Assembly: GCA_051530055.1 (NCBI GenBank)
Contig: CM121341.1
Location: 62,001 to 126,000, forward strand
Direction of reading: 5' to 3'
Source of the DNA: Neoechinorhynchus agilis
Taxonomy: Eukaryota; Animalia; Acanthocephala
Length of the DNA: 64,000 nt
In this document: one piece after another, positions 47,087-60,248 of the stretch
Layout of the letters: every line of letters starts with the position of its first letter
How positions within the stretch are numbered: the first letter of the stretch is position 1
Notes under the pieces: generated by a model
The model's input: the letters and a program-made list of their open reading frames with translations, nothing else
Databases searched by the model: none
What the model was told of the DNA's origin: nothing
Program-made: the position numbers and the translations under genes

Positions 47087-48331
47087 CTAAGTAGTCGCGC
47101 TACCTAACTCTGTTAAATCTCGGTTATTATTCGCACTGCCATGTGACTGAAAGGAAAAGGTATCTTCCCGTGTCTCTGCTAACTCGTGGAATCGAGGAAC
47201 GACCGAAGGCTTGTTAGACGGTTGATCAGGTTTCCCAGGAATTGAACTAGATATGAATGCGTTGTTGTGTGTGCGTGCCTCTGTTGCATGCCGCGTGCTC
47301 GTGGTGGAAAGCGTGACTTTATTGGAGAGTTCTGCGTCGACGGATTTCGATTCCTCATCTTTTGGGTTATGATCGTTCTGGACAAAGGAAGCCCTACTAT
47401 CCGGCACCTCTACCAACTCGCAGCGCTCAGGTGACACCGATGATCTGCGCGGCTGTCGATGGCACGACCCCAGACCGGTCGGAGCTATGAGTGCGCTGCT
47501 GTATGCGCGTTCACGTGCTGTGAGCGGAGTATTGTGCATGGAGGGCGCTGCGTTCTGCGAGAGTGATGCGGCGGGGCGATGCGAGGAATCGTCCAACCTG
47601 TCTTTTGTTTTTGCGATGTGTTGGGTGCAGTGAGTGTGATCAGGGAAGGCCGCGATGGACGTGTTTGCAGCGTGATAACTCGTGTTGTCAATGTGCTCAG
47701 ATCCGGTGGCCATAGCATAAAATAAACCGTCTTTCTTTTCTTGGGCTTCACTTGTTGTAACCCCGGTGCCTGCGTCTTTTATCTTAACTCGCTTAAAACA
47801 TTGTAAGTAGTGAGATCTGGCGGAGTAGATCGAACGAGTGGAGCGGGTTTTACAGAGAGCACAAGTATACGAGATGCTTTTCGCCAAATGGCATACTTTA
47901 AGGTGAATTTCCAAGGCGTTGAACTGCCCAAGACCCAAAACTTTTACATCGCAGCTCGGGCAGACGGCTGGTGAGATTCCGCCAGCGTAGGTAACTGCGG
48001 CTTCATTGAGCACTGAAAAGGTTTTGTTACCCTCCTCAATTTTGCTTAAGATCTCTCTATATGCTGAGACATAAAGAATCTTGCATTGGCGAGTGTGCGC
48101 TCCAACGCTTCCTGGTGCTGCGCTCCGAAAGTTGTTGCAGATTTTACACACCCATGAGATTGGCCCTCGCGCATGACTTTCTTTCATATGCTCAAGAAAG
48201 AGACTGTGCTTCGTTCTGCCCATAGCCTGAAAAGGGCACAGAATACATTCTAGGTTATTTTCAGCAGTGATCGGATAACCAACTTCGATCAACGAGAGCG
48301 CAGGAATTTCGCGGCCTATTGAGGAACTCAT
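47087..48331 (-). pseudogene. Element E ORF part 1: four zinc fingers and linker
   Basis: CILC..HMKESH, CKIC..HTRQC, CPSC..HLKVCH, CALC..HYLQC. The TAG at 47087 is in frame with the next ORF. Confidence 0.9.
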
Positions 48332-48633
48332 AAGAATCTAATAATTACTGGATAAAAGTTTAAAAGAAAATAAAACTATTACTAATTATCTAAAATCTAC
48401 GAGAAATTCCTATCGGAGGCGCTCTTAAATTGATAAAGTAAATAAATAAAATTTTAAAAATTTCGTCACTTAGACACGGAAGAAACGTCGAAAAAACTGC
48501 GTCTTCCTGAAAGACGAAGCAAATCCTGCGGAAACTTGAAAAATCGTGTTCGGGGGTGCCAACAACCCCTAGGAGCGACTTAAAGTTAAAAATAAAAACT
48601 AATTTTGCGAACGTGAGTTGGCACGGGTTAAAA

Positions 48634-48676
48634 GGGCTGTGCTCTGCGAACCACGAAGATAGAAGAGCTCAGACCC
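48634..48676 (-). ncRNA. Conserved 5'UTR stem-loop or pseudoknot of element E
   Basis: GGGTCTGAGCTC..GAGCACAGCCC; loop GGTT can pair with the downstream AACC. Confidence 0.6.
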
Positions 48677-48819
48677 CGATGGGTTCGATAACCTCGTGAC
48701 GCACTGTTAAAGACACTTAACTTACTTGTCGCTTGAGATTTTTAGTCCGGCGGAGATCTTTTTTAAAGTTTGAAAGCGGCAGATGTTGATATCTTTTGAT
48801 GATAGATGGAAGTTACGTG

Positions 48820-51000
48820 CAATGCTTTGTTTTAATTAAACAGTTGGATTCCCCTTGTCCATACCAGTTCTAGGCCAGCTGTTTAACGCTGATCGGATCC
48901 CCGCGCAAGAAGCGAACGTACCCGTTTGGATACGTCGAACAAACGCGGAGCATAGCTATCGCTGTCCACAGTACGCAGCACCAAGTTCCGTCCTCGAAAT
49001 CGACTCTTTCGCAAGAGCAAATAACTGAGACAGATCCAAGAGTCGACAACATACCGCTTCTCGCGACAGCCCGGCCAGCTCAGCTTGTAGAGCCAATCCT
49101 TTTTCCGAAGTTACGGATCTAATTTGCCGACTTCCCTTGCCTACGTTTCCCTATCGACTAGAGGCTACTCACCTTGGAGACCTGCTGCGGAAATCAGTAC
49201 GAACAGGTACGGTCTGAATATTCTCGCACCCAGATTTTCAAGGACAATACGAAGCGCTCGGTACATCGCAGGAATCGCGCTGCATTACGGAACGTGTACC
49301 CTATCAACAGATGATCTAATTCCAGGGATAAAGTTCCTAACAAAGAAGAGAAAACTCTTCTCCAGACTTCGTATAGTTATTCTCTGGGATTGCTCGTGTC
49401 ACCACTTATGCTGAACATCATCTGCCCAAGAAGAACATCTGAATAGATCAAGCATAAACCGCATCCTGGCTCGGGAATATTAACCCGATTCCCTTTCGAT
49501 TGTATTGCGCAATGCAACACGCTTAATCACGAATTTGCACGTTTTCTTAGGATCGGCTGATCCATGTCCAAATGTGGTTCACATGGAACCTTTCTCCACT
49601 TCAGTCTTCAATGCTCTCATTTGAATACTTGCTACTACCACCAAGATCTGCACTAGCGGCGGCTTCACTCCAACTCACGGTGCAAGTTTCAACACCACCG
49701 CATACGCCCTTCTACACGTCAAGCCATTTGTACATTTGTGTCCGGCATCGACGGTCAAGCATGGATATACGTCTCCAGCGCCATCCATTTTCAGGGCCAG
49801 TCGATTCGGCAGGTGAGTTTTTACACACTCCTTAGCGGATTCCTACTTCTGCGGCCACCGTCCTGCTGTCAATATCGACTGACACCTTTCATGGTATCTC
49901 ATGAGAGGCACTTTTGGCACCCTAGCTCAACGTTTGGTTCTTCCCACATCGCCAGTTCTGCTTACCAAAAATGGCCCACTTGGTGCCATCGCATTTACAC
50001 GCGACACTCAGCAGCAGCATAAGCAACTGTGAAGAAGTGACCGAGCTTATTACCCATTTAAAGTTTGAGAATAGGTCGAGGACAATTCGTCCCCAATGCC
50101 TCTAATCATTCGCTCTACCAGATAAAACTGTCTTATGCAACACCAGCTTTCCTGGGGGAAACTTCGAAGGGAACCAGCTACTAGATGGTTCGATTAGTCT
50201 TTCGCCCCTATACCCAAATCTGACGATTGATTTGCACGTCAAAAACGCTACGGACCTCCACCAGAGTATCCTCCGGCTTCATCCTACTCAGGCATAGTTC
50301 ACCATCTTTCGGGTCTCAACATGTACGCTCAATTGCGAACAACAACCAACAGTACCTTGCATGTGTCATCCATCATAGGTGATGACCCGGCTAACGGCCA
50401 ATAACCGCAGCTGGTTATCACAATCATTAACAAACTCGCGTTAACTATGCTATCCAGCTTTATTGATCTGGATAATTCGCGCATTTGTTGAACACCTTAG
50501 CCCGTGTTTCAAGACGGTTCAAATGATGCCGCCGTTTTACCCGCATTATCTTCTCGAACATCCGACTGAATCCGCAATCAACATCGACGAACAAGCCTAA
50601 CAGTGAGTGAAACAACACCGAAAGAATCCAACGATGCTGGCGATTACGTCATTGGAATGCTCAATTTTAGTTTAAAAACTCAACCTCAACCGACCGTTGC
50701 CTGCAGAGGCAATTTGACCACCACATAGATATGTGCTCTTGCGAACTCATCCAATGTGAATTCACCAATATCGACAAAGTCAATAGGTGAAGTTCAACGC
50801 GTCTGCGGCAGAGGCAAAGTCATGCAGAGCGTCAGCCAAAAATTGCGATGTACGCTTCTGCACTACACATACACGAGTGTGTGTATGTACCAGCAGATAA
50901 CACATCTGAATTGCCAAGACCGAACCTTATGCGTACCCATTTGCTTTTCAATGTGCAGTTTCACGTACTATTTAACTCTCTTTCAAAGTCCTTTTCAACT
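48820..51000 (-). rRNA. 28S: 28S fragment (duplicate of 27816-30030)
   Basis: Collinear with the first copy up to ccttttcaact, where an inversion starts. Confidence 0.95.
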
Positions 51001-51151
51001 TGTGCGGTGGATAACTTGGACCGTCGTTCGATGAAGAACGTCGCAAAGTGCGATAAGTTCCGCGAAATGCAGATCTCCTGGAACGGAAAATGTTCGAACG
51101 CAAATGGCGACTGTGAATACAATATTCGCAGCCACATCCGACTGAGTAACG
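51001..51151 (+). rRNA. 5.8S: 5.8S rRNA, inverted copy
   Basis: tgtgcggtggataacttggaccgtcgttcgatgaagaacg on the plus strand. Confidence 0.9.
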
Positions 51152-51499
51152 TTTATTGCTAAAGTGAACAAGTGTGGGTGAATGTCAATGGAAATTGATC
51201 TTCTGATCGTTGCCATTGACTTTACGGTTACTGCGTTTGCCTCTGGGTGACGCGCAGGAAACTAAGATAAGGTAAATGAGAAAAAATTATTTCAGAGATG
51301 CCACTGCTAATATAGTTATGCAACACGTGAATCAATACTGTTGACGGTGAAAAGGGTTCAATAATTGTGAAGGTATTTGAGTCGGTTAAATATTGATCGT
51401 GCGTTCTACTTTCGAGTAGATGATGATGAGTTGTGTAAGATGAGGAGAGTACACGTTGTTGCATCATACTTTTATTAGCAGAATTGGCATGAAAGTCAC

Positions 51500-51694
51500 G
51501 TTCTCAGTTCGGATGGGAGAATCCGCTGAACTTAAGCATATCAATAAGCGGAAGAAAAGAAACCAACAGGGATTCCCATAGTAATGGCGAATGAACAGGG
51601 AATAGTTCATAACGGAATCGCGCTGACTTGTCAGCTGCGAATTGTGGTGTACGATCAGTTTGTGGGTTCAGTTGCGTGGTAATAAGTCCAGGTT
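51500..51694 (+). rRNA. 28S: 28S 5'-terminal fragment, inverted
   Basis: gttctcagttcggatgggagaatccgctgaacttaagcatatcaataagcgg on the plus strand. Confidence 0.92.
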
Positions 51695-51734
51695 TAAAAA
51701 CACGGCTGCCAACTACGCTGGTCAATTCATTTTA

Positions 51735-52045
51735 TAAGTAGACACTGAGCGCAGATGATAAAGTCGCCGCTGGCGGATTAATCGTCGAGAAAAAACGTAA
51801 TTTCCGCGTGGAAAACTTCGCTCGTTCTCGCATTTGTAAAAAATCCAGACCGCCTAGTGCGCATTAGTGTTGTTGCTCCTAGGTAGGCTTCCGACTTAGA
51901 GGCGTTCAGTCGTAATCCTGCGGACGAAGCTTCGCACCATCGGCCTCTCGACCGAGTGGGTGTACCTGATGTCCAAACCTGCGGTTCCTCTCGTACTTAG
52001 CAAGATTGCTATTACAACAACCAGCTCAACTGTAGGGTAAAACTA

Positions 52046-52083
<38 letters not shown>

Positions 52084-52126
52084 TATTAATGGGTGAACAA
52101 TCCAACGCTATGGGACTTTTGCATCC

Positions 52127-52164
<38 letters not shown>

Positions 52165-52187
52165 GACGTCGCTGTGGACGCTTGGCC

Positions 52188-52234
<47 letters not shown>

Positions 52235-52640
52235 TAAAACTCGTAAAATTCAAAAGGATCGACAAGCCAAACTTTCATTGTCTTTATTCGTACTGAAAAT
52301 CAAGATCAAGCAATCTTTTGCCCTTTCGCTCTATGCGAGGTTTCTGCCCACGCTGAGATTGCCTTAGGACACCTGCGTTAGGTTTTAACAGATGTACCGC
52401 TCCAGTCAAACTCCAAATCATTCTGTGTTCTCAGACCAGACACTCCTTCGACACTAAAGAAAGGATTATATATCGCAATTAGCGAATTAACGCTACCTGA
52501 ATCACTGAGTAAGTAAAGAAACAATGATGGTAGTGGTATCTCACCGGCGCGGCCTCCCACCTATTCTACGCCCATCATGTTTCTTCACAGAGACTGACTA
52601 GAGTCAAGCTCAACAGGGTCGTCTTTCCCCGCTGTTACTC

Positions 52641-52674
<34 letters not shown>

Positions 52675-52718
52675 GATGCAGACAGGGACAGTAGGAATCT
52701 CAATAATCCATTCATGCA

Positions 52719-52750
<32 letters not shown>
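51735..52750 (-). rRNA. 28S: 28S 3' portion, from the R2 nick to the 3' end
   Basis: Collinear with 5295-6309. Confidence 0.95.
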
Positions 52751-52875
52751 GGGCTTCATTTATTAAAGGAAAAAACACACATTCACACGTTATCAATTCG
52801 CTGTCTTAAGTCGCTTTTAGTTACTATTACTTCATTCACTTTTACTAAGTTGTATCAAATTTCTTCCGTCCCGCT

Positions 52876-54890
52876 TTAACTATCGTTGTGGAAAACAACC
52901 ACGGATTGTTCGGCGGCCGTTTGCGCCATATTTAGCGCCGTGCGTTTCCCCGCTGAGAGGAGCTTCAGGCGGCGGAGCAAGAATTGGCCGAAAATGCCTC
53001 GTGAGCCTACTGCAAGACCGATGGTGAACACCTTGTACGTACTGATGTTTAGGTGCTTTGCCACCACCGGAATGATCGGCTCATATTTTTTTTCCTTGCT
53101 TTGCATCACCTATTCTGCCCGATCTGGACCGGTTTCGTAATAAACGGCGACATCCGCAATATACACGTCGCCGGATGATTTGTTTCTTAATATTAGATCC
53201 GGTTTGTTCAGGTTGCCGGCGTCATCGTAAATCCGACTCTCGGTTAAACGCTCAAATCTTGCGGATGGTCCCTTTGTAACGGACCACACTAGGCGTGCCT
53301 GCACCTTGTCATGCCTCGTTGTCATTATGGAGGACGCGTAGTCACACCCGTTGAGGACGTGCGCACAGGATTCCACAGGTGCGGTGCAGTGCCGACAACC
53401 CTTTGTCCTCTGGTGGTCCATGCAACTTTGCACCGAGCCAACCTCCAACAGCTGAAGCCGCATCTTCACTTGTTCCACATACCGGCCGTGGCGATCTTGC
53501 CTATATCGGAAGGAAACGAGCCGGCGGTCGCAGTTGCCATCAGTGAAACATTGGAATCGCTGGGCCTGCGTTGTTGCCTCCTTCCAGAGTTTGACACAGT
53601 TTACGAAACACGCCGCTGGGAGAGAGGTCGCTTAGATCGCATGACTCCATTCTGCCAAAATGTGTAATCAATTGATTAACCTCGCTTTTAAAATCAACGG
53701 CGTCTCCGTATCTCTTTAGCGCATATCTGAGGGCGCCCAACCTCCTTGTCTGGACCTCGTGCAGCACGGACCGAAAACCAAGTCCACCTTTCGACAGCGG
53801 TAAAAAAAATGCTCCGTCGCATATGCATCTAGGAAGCTCAAGGAGACGCTTTAATCTTACCTTCCAATGTTGATCGACCTTTGTAAGGTTTGTCGGTGAT
53901 ATATCCCATGAGGCCTCAAGTCTGGCCAAAAGAGATGGCAGAGCATAATCATTGAGCATATGAGCTGCTTGGGTGCGGGTTAACTGTGCCGTACTTACCT
54001 TATTGAAGAGGGAGTCCAAAATGAGCAGTGCCTCCCCTAGCGTCGTTTCCTTCCAGGGTGTTCCACCAAGGTATTTGACCGGGTCTCCCTTGATTATTGT
54101 GCGAAGTGTCACATCGTTCACTTTGATTTCGGAGTCCTCATGTACCTTCATTTTCCCGTCTTTGAAAGTATGCCGGTATACCGTACACTTCTCTTCGCTA
54201 AGCTGCAACTTCTTCTGACTCAGTTTTACTTGTAGGGCATCAATCTTCTTTTGCAGGCTGGTGCTGTCGTTCGCCAGTAGGAGCACGTCGACGTACGCCG
54301 TTTGAGAGTGAGTTCCCGAGATTAAGACTGCGAACCTCTTTCAGGACATCATCTAAGCACAGCGCAAAAAGAAATGGGGAGAGGGGATCCCCTTGTTTCA
54401 CCCCCCTCGCGAATTTGACAGGACTCGAAGGTTTTGTATTGCCCATGAGAATCCTAGTAGAGCTTCCATCATAGGTTCCCATCACGTACTTCAGCAGGTA
54501 GTTGGGGCATCCTTTTTCCCGCAGGGCATCTTCGACAGCCTGATGGGATACCGAGTCAAAGGCACTCTTGACGTCGAGCACCGCAACAGCGAGTGGTTTC
54601 CTGCCCATTCTCTTTTCTCTCACTACACTCCGAAGAGTGAGGAGATTTGCCATACAGGCAAAGGGCTCAAAAGCGGTCTGCCCTTCATCAAGGCTGCAGA
54701 CAGCGCGAAGTCTTTTCAGAAGGATGCGGTGCAAAATCCGCATGATAATTGAGGAAATCGTTATGGGTCGCCATCCCTCCTGTGTCAGTAACTTCGACGA
54801 TGATGCGCTGGACTTCGGGAGCAGGATGGTTTTAGCCTCAAGCCACGATTGTGGTGGGCAACCGTTCTGCATGACAAGATTAAAGAGCAC
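52876..54890 (-). pseudogene. Element F RT, thumb, knuckle and RLE
   Basis: GVKQGDPLSP, CRHCTAPVESCAHVLNGC, KPDLIL..DVAVYYE. Confidence 0.9.
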
Positions 54891-55230
54891 CGTAATAGCG
54901 TGCAGACGGGGGGTCGAAGGCCCGTACGTTCTTGACCGTTATCCGATCTGGACCCGGCGCGCTGGACATCTTCAGCCTCATGATCGCTTCCTCGACCTCC
55001 TCGACCGTGATTAGCGGCCAACGTTCGCCTGCTGACTGGCGGGGCTCCCAGCCGACTCCGTGCGTCACGCCATTAGGTGGGCTCCCTCCCTCGAACAAAC
55101 GGCGAAAGTGTTCAACCGTTTCCTGTGGGTTTAGCTGGCACTCCCTCCTGTCTGCACTTTTGAACAGCTCAGAAGCTAGCTTCGAGGTATTCTCGAAATA
55201 GAGCGCCCGATTGCGTCTCCTCTTGATCTC

Positions 55231-56747
55231 TCAGTCCTGATACCTAGTGAGTCCGCGGCGCCTTACGCACGGGTAAGTGCCTGACTCATCAATCCGCATA
55301 GTAAAGACGTGAGTAGCAGGACCCGAGCACAAAATTCGACGTTCTTGCCTTTTGTAGGGGGAGTGCACTGCAAAATCGACCGAATAAGCCGCTGCGGCAG
55401 CGAACAACGCGAGCTCTGGGGAAATTACCTTGCCTTGCAGAAGACCCGTTACGTGACCTTCTATAAGGGCATTCGCGTCAGTGACGCTTTGCGCAATTTG
55501 CGTGTAATATTCTTCCTTTCCATTAATTTCATTCACGAGTTTTTCGCAAACCTTCTTCCAAGCTGTAGGATTTCCCAGTACGTGGTAGGCGATGGAACTG
55601 AGAGCCTGCGTAGGGCTCTTCCTTAGCTTGATTATTCTAAGTCCCAGTGAACGGGCTCTCGATATTGACTGTACTTCGTCCGACCTTCCACGCCGCAGGT
55701 ACTGCTCGTAACGGCGTGCCGCGGCGTCAATAAACACCTTATCAATCTCGAAAGAGCATTCCCGCATAATGCTGCGCTCGCTTTCCAAAAACGCCCTGTA
55801 TCTTGGATGCAAGTTTCCAATCCCAAGTGACGTAGTAAGGATCTCATAAGCTTCGAGCGTCGTAAAGATTGTTGCTTCGGCGCTATCGTCGGCGCGAACA
55901 TCATACAAATCATTTTCACGCACCAGCGTAGAGGCAAAAAGATCGAAATCATGTTGAGAGGCGACCTCTTCGTTATCTGTCCGTATCGATTCACTTGTGG
56001 CCGGTAAGACTGTTTCTGTATCTATCTGTTCATGGCGTTCGCCCATGGCCTGAACCTCGACGCTGGGCGCTGCTTCACGCGTCAATCCTAAATCCTGCAA
56101 AATGTGCGCTGTTGACATGGCGCGGTGTGCGGAGAATGCCATGACGGGTGAGGTCGTGATGCGCTCGAACTCGGGTTCCAGGCATTGGCGTCTGTGCTCC
56201 TCGGCGATATCAACTACCTTAGTTTCGCTGTTGATTTCTGGACCCAAACCTAGTGATAGAGCATCTTCATTTTTGAGCTTAGAGCGCCTGGTACACTGCG
56301 TATAGTGAGCTCTGGCAGAGAGCATCCTATCTGAGGGCTGGACCCTACATTCCCCGCACATATACGAGAGGCTCTCGACGAGATGGGCAGTGCGCAGATG
56401 ATCCTCTCGCGCGTTCCACTGACCCAACCCGGAGATATTTATTTCGCAGATCTCGCAATGGGCGGGGCAGAGTTCCCAGAGTAGAGAACGACAACGCTAC
56501 CGGACGTCGAATGGCACAGCTGGACTTTGGCCTCTTCCTCCACAAGTGTTCTATAAACTGCACACTTGGTTGCCCTGCATTTCCTTAGATGTGATCCTAC
56601 GCTTCCAGGAACTGCGTGACGGAAATACTTGCATACTTTACAGACCCACACAATGGGCGCGCGCATATGACACTCCCTCAAATGTCCTTCAAAAATTTTG
56701 TGCTTGGTTTTACCCACGGCAAGAAACGGGCAAAGAGGGCATTCCAA
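55231..56747 (-). pseudogene. Element F zinc fingers, HPRYR and OTU-like domain
   Basis: CPLC..HLRECH, CKVC..HLRKC, ..HLRTAH, CGEC..HYTQC, LHPRYRAFL, IDESGTYPC. Confidence 0.88.
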
Positions 56748-57101
56748 AGGTTTTCCGCCGAGATCGGGTAGGAAACCTCGATTTCCAGAATTTCGGCGCT
56801 TCCGGGCACTTCCAATGAATTCATCAATGACTTTAAAATGACTTCGGACTGATTATTCCTTAAGACTCACGAATAGTTCCTTTCTCAGAACCTCGAAAAA
56901 TTGGATATAAAAACCGACAGAATTAAAAATTACGTTACAAAAATTCTGGAAGAACCTTCTAAAAAAACTGCGTTTTGAGATTTTTTCAAAGAATCGCTCA
57001 TGGGTGGGCGGAAATGAAACTGGCAGTATTGAAAACCCAGAACCGCTTCTTTTGGCTTAAAATAAAACCTCTTTGCGGGAGCGAGTGAGTGGCAGGTTTA
57101 T

Positions 57102-57147
57102 AGGGCCGTGCTCGGGCAAACGACACAATGAGCAGAGCTCGGACCCT
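57102..57147 (-). ncRNA. Conserved 5'UTR stem-loop or pseudoknot of element F
   Basis: AGGGTCCGAGCTC..GAGCACGGCCCT; loop GTTT can pair with the downstream AAAC. Confidence 0.6.
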
Positions 57148-57254
57148 TGTCAGTTAACCCCTCTAGGTACCTATAGAAAGATACAAGCCTCAAACCTGGC
57201 AGTCCGAAAATCTTCTCAAGGAAGAGTTCCTCGAAATTTCGGTTTTCGCAAAAT

Positions 57255-60248
57255 GCGATACGTACGATATCTCACTTCCTCTAAGCCGCGTCGATATGGG
57301 CCCGTATCCGAAGCAAAGACAAAGGGATTGCGGATGATCAACCTAGCGAGAGGTTCCAATTTGACCTTCCGTACCATTGCTTATTTTGTGTTTGAGAACC
57401 CAAATCAGTGGCGGAGGGTCCAGCAGCGTATTATCGAGAATTTCACCTCGGATAATGCGAGGTTTCAGTCAATTCACGAATCAATTTTGGATGCTAATAT
57501 GACGCTCCCTGACACGATGGAGCAGGTTCGAAATGAAGTCGTTACGTCCGATGAATTTAACTGCGACTTCGTTGTCCACAGTTCAAAAACAAGCGAACCA
57601 AAAAGAATCAGATGCAACAAAGTCTGCGTGAGGTCATACAACGTCTGGCAAGGAGCATATGGGTGCCTGCCATGCACCCGGCGCCACGGCTTAAATTCGG
57701 CTCAGAAGCGAGAGATTGACAGGAAGCGTTTAAGGGCATTGTATTTCAATAATACCTCGAGACTCGCCGGAGAGCTGTTCCGCAGGACCAAATCGAGACA
57801 GTGCCATCTGAAACCCTCCGTTATTGATCATCACTTCAACGGCTTGTTTGGCCCTGGCGAGGGTCCAGTTAAAACTGATTGTCACTCAGAGGCTCCGGCC
57901 AGTTTTCCAACCGTTACGGTAGAAGAAATAGGGGCGGCATTTAAAGGAATAAAAGCATCGACTGCAGCCGGTCCTGACGGCATCACGATTCGGGATCTGT
58001 CTCGCATGGATCCGGGGTACGCGGGTATGTGCATTATTTTCAATTGCATTCTAAGCTGTGGATACTCGCCGAAAGCGTTAAATGGAGGTAAGACAATACT
58101 GGTTCCAAAAAGTTCTTCTTCTGATAAGAACTTAAACGACATCAAAGGTTGGAGGCCGATTACGATCTGTTCGATCTTACAGAGAGTACTTCACCGGATC
58201 TTGTTGGCGAGATTGCGCAAGGAAATTAAGCTGGCACCGGGACAGACAGCCTTTGACTCTGCGGGCTGCCTTGCTAATTTATTGACCTTAAAATCCGCCT
58301 TAAGGTAAACGCGGGCAAAAGGAAGGGCTTGGCGATTGCAGTACTGGACATAAAAAGCGCCTTCGATACAGTCAGCCATGCCGCTCTATTGGAGTGTCTT
58401 CGTGGGCTGGACTGTCCCGGTTACATGCTATCCTACATTCAGAATGTCTTAAACTCCAGCTCGACCACCGTGCACACAAGCACAGGTCGTCCCATTGGTC
58501 CAATCAAAATACAAAGAGGAGTCAAGCAGGGCGATCCGCTTTCGCCGTTTCTATTTGCGGTCTGCCTCAACTCCCTTGTGAATGAATTGAATGAAAGCAA
58601 TTATGGAATGCACTTAAAAGAAGGAAGGATTGGGCACCTTATTTATGCTGACGATATCGTCCTACTGGCGGAAAACGCAGACGAATTGAGCCAGATGGTG
58701 GAGTTAGTGTCGGCTAGACTGGCGGATATCGGCCTTACTCTCGGGCCGAAGAAATGCGCAACCTATATTCAGACCTTCAAATGCGGACGAATGGTTCAAC
58801 AGACAGAGTCCTAATTATGTATCGAAGGAATACAGTTGAATTCAGTAGTCGACTGGGATACAATGTCATATCTGGGAGGCAAACCATGGAAGAGTACAGG
58901 TCTTTCAGAGATTGTGGCGGCGATCGACGCGCTTTTTGATGTGACAAAAATAAGTCCGACGCAATCCGCTCATATGATCAACGATTACGGGCTGCCAAGC
59001 GTGATAGCAAAGCTGCAGGCAGCTCTAGATATTATCTGGACAACTCTCCAGGAGGCGGAGTGCTACTGGAGGAAACGCATTAAAAGATTACTTTTCCTGC
59101 CACATTATCTGAACGATGGCGTCATTTTCTTACCGATGGCAAGAGGTAGATTTGGATTTACGTCGATTGAACTGGCGGTCCTTGAGGCACGTCGCCTAGC
59201 ACTGAGGGAAATGACAAACAGATCCGCAATCACGAGGGAATTAGCGATTGAATCTCCGACATATAAGAAATTGATGGAGGCGTATAAGAGGTTTGATCTA
59301 GAGGGCTCAGATCTCCCAACGTTTAAGATGCAGTTCTTCAATAAATGGCGGGAGCAATGGACTTCCTCTCAAACTCAGTCGACGGGAGCCAACTGTTTCT
59401 TGCAGGGCAACTTCGCTAGGGATACGATCAGTTTTCGCTACCGACAAACCTATCACAGGAACTACTTAGACCACGTCAAGCTGCGCTTCTGTTTATTAGA
59501 GTCACGGAATGTTCTGGGTAGGATGAACAAAGAAGCTGCAACTAACTGCCGGCACTGCAATGGGAAGACCGAGTCGAACATGCATGTGTTGAATGCATGC
59601 GAGTACAGCACACCGGCGATGATAAAGCGTCACAACGAGGTAGACAAGAGGTTCATCTGGTCACTTGAAAATAAGAACGAGGGAAAATTCTTGACATCGA
59701 TAGAACCGTGCTTAATCGACGATGCAGGAAATAGAGTAAGACCCGACTTGATAGTACTTGAGCCCAATAGTGGATTTTGCGGTATATTATGAGACAAACG
59801 TCGGAGGAGCAGAGGAGATGTCGAAACTCAAAGAGCAGAAATACGACCCACTTCGTAGCATTGTAGCTAAACAGAACAATATGGAAAAGCACAATGTTAT
59901 TACAGTTGGGTTAGCGGTCGGCTCACGAGGATGTTTCGACAGGGCTCTTCTAAGAAGATTGAAATTGTTCGGTATCGGCACAAGAACAGCCCTAAATATG
60001 GCTAAAACTGCGGCCGATCGATCGATTAGTGTATTCAAGTACTTCATGTGCAGGAAGTGGACCGAACGTAAGCAAGTTTGAGCAGCGCCTTAAGCTTGGG
60101 AATTCGCTATGAGAATATATTCAATTTAAAGTAAGCAACATCCGAAACAATTTAAGCAACTCGTCCGCTCTATTCAATTATAACGTAATCGCATCATGTA
60201 AGTGAACATAACATAATATTGTAATATATGATCTAATAAATGAGTCTC
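57255..60248 (+). mobile_element. R2: R2-type copy G, 5'-truncated, related to E; 5' limit uncertain
   Basis: VSEAKTKGLRMINLARGSNLTFRTIAYFV, RT, CRHCNGKTESNMHVLNAC, RPDLIV..DFAVYYE. 3' end AATAAATGAGTCTC|TAGCC at 60249. Confidence 0.9.

Larger units (their letters stand above)
43810..48819 (-). mobile_element. R2: R2-type copy E, full length (5.0 kb), two nonsense codons and one frameshift
   Basis: About 490-nt 5'UTR, ATG at 48331, all domains present. 3' end AATAAATGAGTCAT|TAGCC. 5' junction about 117 nt upstream of the nick. Confidence 0.94.
52751..57250 (-). mobile_element. R2: R2-type copy F, near full length, multiple frameshifts; 5' limit uncertain
   Basis: 3' end AATAAATGAAGCCC|TAGCC. 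ORF pieces run from ATG 56824 to 52876 and cover all domains. 5'UTR homologous to C and E. Confidence 0.9.

Noticed and set aside
47080-47095. Programmed stop read-through or a two-ORF organisation in E
   Set aside because: C and F are open across this region, and the stops in E, H and A fall at different positions, consistent with point mutations.
57073-57255. N-terminus of the 411-aa ORF 57073-58308
   Set aside because: The first ~60 codons are the antisense of F's 5'UTR; homology to E starts only near 57255.
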